Source: Candidatus Sulfomarinibacteraceae bacterium
GTDB lineage: Bacteria; Acidobacteriota; Thermoanaerobaculia; Thermoanaerobaculales; Sulfomarinibacteraceae
Direction of reading: 5' to 3'
NCBI GenBank assembly: GCA_963796455.1
Contig: CAWCLO010000004.1
Location: forward strand, 768,001-832,000
Length of the DNA: 64,000 nucleotides
This document shows positions 59,838 through 64,000 of this stretch, piece after piece (the stretch's first letter is position 1; every line of letters begins with the position of its first letter). Under the pieces are notes generated by a model. The model had not been told where the DNA came from and made no database searches. It saw nothing but the letters and a program-made list of their open reading frames with translations. Made by a program: the position numbers and the translations under genes.

Positions 59838-60431
59838 TCAGCGTCGCCTGGCGACGATCCACGAGAACCTGTGTCGGATTTCTTTGGCGGCAACGATCTC
59901 GAATCCGGTCTCGTGACACACGCTGCAGAATTCTTCATGATTGAACCGGTCTTCAACAGGGTGCTCGAAAAAGCGCCGCATGATGGGGCCCGCAAGAAAC
60001 CTGGATTGCGGTTCTTCGGCATAGAGCCGGCCGCCGGGTTTGAGCACGCGCGCGATTTCGGAAACGGCGGACCGCCAGCGCGGCACGTGGTGGAGGATGC
60101 CGAAATCAAAGACTGCTTCGTAGCTCGCGTCCGCGAGCGGTAGCGACGTCGCGTCTCCGACCCAGATTGTTGATGCAGCGCAGCTGTTTTTCATCCGGGT
60201 GGACGCCCTCAGAACCATCCGGGGATCCAGATCAAAGGCATCGATCCGGTCGGCCTCGAAATGTCTGCGGATGATCTGGGTTCCCACTCCCTGCCCGCAG
60301 CCGAGTTCGAGTGCCCGGCCGCCCGAAACCTTCCCGCCCATACGCCTCAGGAGCGGTGCCTCGACAAATCTCTGCATCGCGGCCCGAACAGGGTTGTTCA
60401 TCAACAGGTACTCGAGGCGATTCAGGATCAA
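59838..60431 (-). CDS. Class I SAM-dependent methyltransferase
   Basis: LELGCGQG, GDATSLP, EIARVLKPGG. Confidence 0.9.
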   Translation of the reverse strand: MILNRLEYLLMNNPVRAAMQRFVEAPLLRRMGGKVSGGRALELGCGQGVGTQIIRRHFEADRIDAFDLDPRMVLRASTRMKNSCAASTIWVGDATSLPLADASYEAVFDFGILHHVPRWRSAVSEIARVLKPGGRLYAEEPQSRFLAGPIMRRFFEHPVEDRFNHEEFCSVCHETGFEIVAAKEIRHRFSWIVARRR

Positions 60432-60502
60432 CGGTGGATTCCAATCATCGGGTCAGAATCGAGGCCTGAACGGTTCGTCGTGCACCGGGGGTGCGGTTCG
60501 GA

Positions 60503-60940
60503 TCATGGATGGCGTTGATAGATCTTGGCGACGATCTTCCAGCCTTCCGGGGTCTTGTAGAGCGAGAGAAAATCGGTGAATACGTGTTTGCCGTCACGGC
60601 TCAATTCAACCTTGACCACCGCAGCATCGCCGCTCCTTCCAACCACCTCGAGGTCCGCCTCGACCTCGTAGATCGTGCGATCGGGGTCCGCGCCGGCCTT
60701 TTCGATTCGAGCTGCCCAATCATCGCGGGTTACGGTCATCAATCCCTCGTCGGCATTCACATACATCACGAATTTCTCGTGGAATCCCGCCCGCATCGCG
60801 GCGGCGTCAGCATTCCGGTGGATGCCGTCGACGTAGGCGGTCTGGACCACATCGACGGGTCCTTCGTCACCAGCGAGAGCCGGAACGGAAGTGAGGAGAA
60901 GAATGGTGACGAACACGGTGAGTTTTTGGTTGCGATTCAT
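60503..60940 (-). CDS. Secreted NTF2-like (lumazine-binding-like) protein
   Basis: Signal peptide; YVDG..FH..GDAAVVKV..FTDFLSLYK..WKIVAK. Confidence 0.8.
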   Translation of the reverse strand: MNRNQKLTVFVTILLLTSVPALAGDEGPVDVVQTAYVDGIHRNADAAAMRAGFHEKFVMYVNADEGLMTVTRDDWAARIEKAGADPDRTIYEVEADLEVVGRSGDAAVVKVELSRDGKHVFTDFLSLYKTPEGWKIVAKIYQRHP

Positions 60941-60963
60941 GGAAACCTCCAAGGATCTTGATT

Positions 60964-61407
60964 CTACCGATCCCGCCGGGGATCGATCTGTCTGTACTTT
61001 TCGAGTTGTCGCGATTCGCTGTCCAGTTCGGGCAGTCCGTCGTTGATGTGGATCCACGGCACGTGCTGGTCAAAAAAAACGTGCGCCTGCGGCTCCCGAT
61101 CAACCGGTCCCTCGATACAAGCGGAAGCAATGTGCATTTCCCCGGGGGATAGTTTCGAGGCGTAGAACATTGTCGTCCCGCAGGTCGGGCAGAAGCCCCG
61201 CCGGCTCTGACGGGACGATTGATACCAAGAAACCTGGTTCTCTCCCTTCAAGAGCACGAATTTCTCTTCGGAGACGCCGAGCCACGTGACAAAGGCGGCG
61301 CCGTGGGCCTGCCGGCAGAAGCGGCAATGGCAGTGGACACAGAAGAGAGTCGGCCCTCCGGCCTCGAATTGCACTTCCCCGCACAGGCACTGACCGGTGA
61401 ATTTCAT
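60964..61407 (-). CDS. GFA (glutathione-dependent formaldehyde-activating) family protein
   Basis: GQCLCG, CHCRFC, RGFCPTCG. Confidence 0.9.
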   Translation of the reverse strand: MKFTGQCLCGEVQFEAGGPTLFCVHCHCRFCRQAHGAAFVTWLGVSEEKFVLLKGENQVSWYQSSRQSRRGFCPTCGTTMFYASKLSPGEMHIASACIEGPVDREPQAHVFFDQHVPWIHINDGLPELDSESRQLEKYRQIDPRRDR

Positions 61408-61663
61408 TGTGGTGTGAACTCCTTTCCTGGATACCGGAGAAGCGAGGTTCGGATCAGGTGATCCACTAATGGTTGTCCAAAGAACCGAGCGCGTAGGTGT
61501 CCACGATAAGGCGCAAAGAACGGAGAATGTAGCTGGCCACAAAAATACCCCACGTCGTTCTCACCGAGAGCGTTTTGACAGATTGTCAATTGAGCATACC
61601 CTTTGCAACGGACACTACGGGAAATACGACGACTGCCCCGAAAATGTTCAAAAGGCCTCAACG

Positions 61664-61683
61664 AATCGAGAATCGAGAATCGA
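61664..61683. repeat. Heptamer array (AATCGAG)x3 abutting the cupin stop codon
   Basis: aatcgag aatcgag aatcga. Confidence 0.7.
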
Positions 61684-62043
61684 TCAGAGCGTTTCGAGAT
61701 CGTGAACCATCCGGTGATCGTCGGCGTCTCCCGTATTGAGGGTCTCAGCCGGCTCGAAGAGAAGGATGTGGACCTCCTCATCAGCCCTCGGACAGTGCTC
61801 GATTCCGCGGGGAACGATGATGAACTCGTCCTTCTCAACGACGACGGTCCGGTCGCGAAACTGCATCTCGAGTGTGCCGTCGAGGACCAGGAAGAGTTCG
61901 TCCTCAGAAACGTGAGAGTGCCAGACGAACTCGCCCTGGAGCTTGGCGAGGCGGACATGTTGCCCGTTGAGCGAGCCGACTATCTTGGGGCTCCAGTGTT
62001 CGCTGAACTGCCCGAGCTTTTCGCGAAGATTGACTTTATCCAT
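61684..62043 (-). CDS. Cupin domain protein
   Basis: EHWSPKIV, GEFVWHSH..DELFLV..VPRGIEHCP; start at ATG 62043. Confidence 0.9.
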   Translation of the reverse strand: MDKVNLREKLGQFSEHWSPKIVGSLNGQHVRLAKLQGEFVWHSHVSEDELFLVLDGTLEMQFRDRTVVVEKDEFIIVPRGIEHCPRADEEVHILLFEPAETLNTGDADDHRMVHDLETL

Positions 62044-62260
62044 CGTGTGCCGGGCGAACGGGTGCTGCAAAAAACCGGATGCCGAGGCCGAGGCCGAGCA
62101 CAATGGTGGGGATGACGAACCCCCAGATATTCTGACGAACAAATGTCGGAATGAACGCACCGATGATGACTCCAAACAAAACGCAATAGATCTTCAGAAC
62201 GCCGATGTCCCAGATTCCGAGTGCTCGTGTCCTGCGGTCCGCCCACTGGATCAATTCCAT
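62036..62260 (-). CDS. Small two-TM membrane protein
   Basis: RBS GGAGG; two hydrophobic helices; overlaps the cupin start. Confidence 0.7.
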   Translation of the reverse strand: MELIQWADRRTRALGIWDIGVLKIYCVLFGVIIGAFIPTFVRQNIWGFVIPTIVLGLGLGIRFFAAPVRPAHDG

Positions 62261-62293
62261 TGTTCCTCCACGAATGTTCGTTGATTTCGCGCC

Positions 62294-63037
62294 TCAATTG
62301 GTCGTTGGAGCACCACGATCTCGGCACCCGGGAGATCTGGCGTCCGGCATACAACCGACGATGCCGTCGATCTCGGCCAGATCCTTGATCGTGAATGTCG
62401 GTTCCGGAAATCCGTTGAGTTCGAGCCCATTCGGGTTGAACCAGCAGGTGTCGATTCCAAATGCCGCACCGCCCGCGATGTCGGAGCTGAGGCTGTCGCC
62501 GATCATCAAGACCTCGGACTTCGAGGGGTTGCCCATTCTGGAAAATGCTTCGACCATGAAGGCCACTTGCGGCTTGGCGACGCCGATCTCGTCCGAAATC
62601 ACCACATCCTCGAAGAAGCCTCGGATGGACGACTGGCTGAATCGGGAACGTTGGACAATAGCAATCCCATTGGTCGCAAGCAGAAGTCGGTGCTTGGTCG
62701 ACAATCGCTTCACCAGATCTTCGGCTCCCGGCAACAACTGTGTCTGTTGTCCCAGGGCCCTCATAAAGGAGAGGTTGAATTGCACCGGATCGAGGTCGAT
62801 GCCGAGCTCGTCGAAGAGGTCTTTGAAGCGGGCTATGCGCAATTCCTCGGAAGAGATCTCTCCGTTTTCGAATTTCCGCCATAAACCGGCGCTGATACCG
62901 GCGTAGGTCTGGTGGATTTCGGCGGAATAGCTGAGATCGTGGCTCCGGGTCGTCTCCATCAGGGCCACCTTTTCGCCGCTGCGGAAATCGAAAAGCGTGC
63001 CGTCAGCGTCAAAGACCAACCACTGATATGGCGGCAT
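62294..63037 (-). CDS. yjjG: YjjG-family HAD pyrimidine nucleotidase
   Basis: FDADGTLFDF, TNG, KP, IGDSLSSDIAG. Confidence 0.85.
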   Translation of the reverse strand: MPPYQWLVFDADGTLFDFRSGEKVALMETTRSHDLSYSAEIHQTYAGISAGLWRKFENGEISSEELRIARFKDLFDELGIDLDPVQFNLSFMRALGQQTQLLPGAEDLVKRLSTKHRLLLATNGIAIVQRSRFSQSSIRGFFEDVVISDEIGVAKPQVAFMVEAFSRMGNPSKSEVLMIGDSLSSDIAGGAAFGIDTCWFNPNGLELNGFPEPTFTIKDLAEIDGIVGCMPDARSPGCRDRGAPTTN

Positions 63038-63039
63038 CC

Positions 63040-63426
63040 TCAAGCGACCTGATAGATCTGGATGACGTTGCCGCAGGTGTCTTCAAAAGCCGCGACCATC
63101 GTGCCGCCCACATCGGTGGGGTCCATGGTGAACACCACGCCGAGCTCCTTGAGTCTCGCGTGCTCCGCCTCCATGTCGTCGACCTGGAACGCGGTCAGCG
63201 GGATGCCCTCATCGAAGAGCGATTTTTGGTAAGCCGCCGCTCCGGAATGAACGTTCGGCTCGAGAACGAGCTGGGTTCCCTCGGGCTCGTCGCGCGACAC
63301 CACCGTCAACCACCGGAAATCTCCCGCCGGGAGGTCGACAGCTTTGATGAATCCGAGAACCTCGGTATAGAACTCGAGGGCGCGCTCCTGGTCGTTGACG
63401 ATCACACTGTTCAATTTGATTTTCAC
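63040..63426 (-). CDS. VOC/glyoxalase family protein
   Basis: VNDQERALEFYTEVLGF..RWLTV..FEDTCGNVIQI. Confidence 0.92.
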   Translation of the reverse strand: MKIKLNSVIVNDQERALEFYTEVLGFIKAVDLPAGDFRWLTVVSRDEPEGTQLVLEPNVHSGAAAYQKSLFDEGIPLTAFQVDDMEAEHARLKELGVVFTMDPTDVGGTMVAAFEDTCGNVIQIYQVA

Positions 63427-63504
63427 TGGTGTCTCCGTTTGAACGGCCGCCGGTCGGTTTTCGCGAAATTCGGGCCCCTGAACTCTGGTGGGGGACGCCT
63501 CACT

Positions 63505-63897
63505 TTACCAGGCCACAATCCTTGGAAACGGTTCACCGCAATGTTCGGTGGTGGCAAGCAAGTGGTATTTTCCGCCCTCTTCGCTGCAGATCGCTTGGGT
63601 CACAAAGGCCTGATCGCCGTCTGCAAACCGGAACACGAAGACAAAGCTGTCGTAACCCACGTCATTCGGTTCAGCCTCGGCCCGAGCATACCTCCGGCGA
63701 CCGACGTGCAGTGTCTCCAGCAGCGTCCACTTATTGTGTTCATTGTCCGGGAATTCGGAGACCCCGATCCTCTGCAACAAATCGGAGATCATGCGATCCC
63801 GCGATAGCTTGAGCTCGCGGGCCAGAGATCCGAGTTCGAGAACCCCGGGGTTCCGATGGTGCTGCTGGTGGCTTTTTCTTTTTGAAAAACATCTCAC
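63505..63897 (-). CDS. Hypothetical protein (5' end uncertain, possible frameshift)
   Basis: 130-aa ORF filling the gap between co-oriented genes. Confidence 0.55.
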   Translation of the reverse strand: MRCFSKRKSHQQHHRNPGVLELGSLARELKLSRDRMISDLLQRIGVSEFPDNEHNKWTLLETLHVGRRRYARAEAEPNDVGYDSFVFVFRFADGDQAFVTQAICSEEGGKYHLLATTEHCGEPFPRIVAW

Positions 63898-64000
63898 TCC
63901 TTCGAACTCGAAGGCCTCCAGTCCATTTTCATATAAACGTCGCCCCGGCTCAGTTCGTCCAGCATCTGGAGCAGGCGCTTTTCCCTGGTGGCCGGTCGTT
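63894..64000 (-). CDS. YdeI/OmpD-associated family protein, C-terminal fragment
   Basis: My translation ..RPATREKRLLQMLDELSRGDVYMKMDW..; runs off the window edge. Confidence 0.6.
   Translation of the reverse strand, partial: RPATREKRLLQMLDELSRGDVYMKMDWRPSSSKE

Overview
GC-rich bacterial chromosome segment. The gene content (carboxypeptidase-regulatory-domain TonB receptor, BlaI with an M56-TonB fusion, DUF4388, MacB-type ABC exporter) suggests Acidobacteriota, but this is inference only. In order, the window holds: partial xdhA; a GAF-GGDEF-EAL protein; an RpiR-regulated locus of YfcC transporter, TonB receptor, secreted cyanophycinase and M20 peptidase (candidate cyanophycin-scavenging locus); an ABC exporter; an imuA-imuB-dnaE2 mutasome cassette; blaI/M56-TonB; glycosyltransferases; hemACDBLEN divergent from sdhCAB; an SPFH/zinc-ribbon/flotillin operon interrupted by an inverted-repeat-flanked four-helix-bundle gene; recD2; and a run of small genes. 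The most unusual signal is non-coding. Three 0.8-1 kb mosaic, nested-palindromic elements sit in front of dnaE2, imuB and imuA. They show compensatory base changes, a four-way junction and a hairpin loop that is inverted between copies. A family of heptamer tandem arrays is also scattered through the window. It enters coding sequences, in frame in imuB and imuA and out of frame in dnaE2, where loss of one 7-nt unit would restore the reading frame. No rRNA, tRNA, CRISPR array or transposase was recognised.
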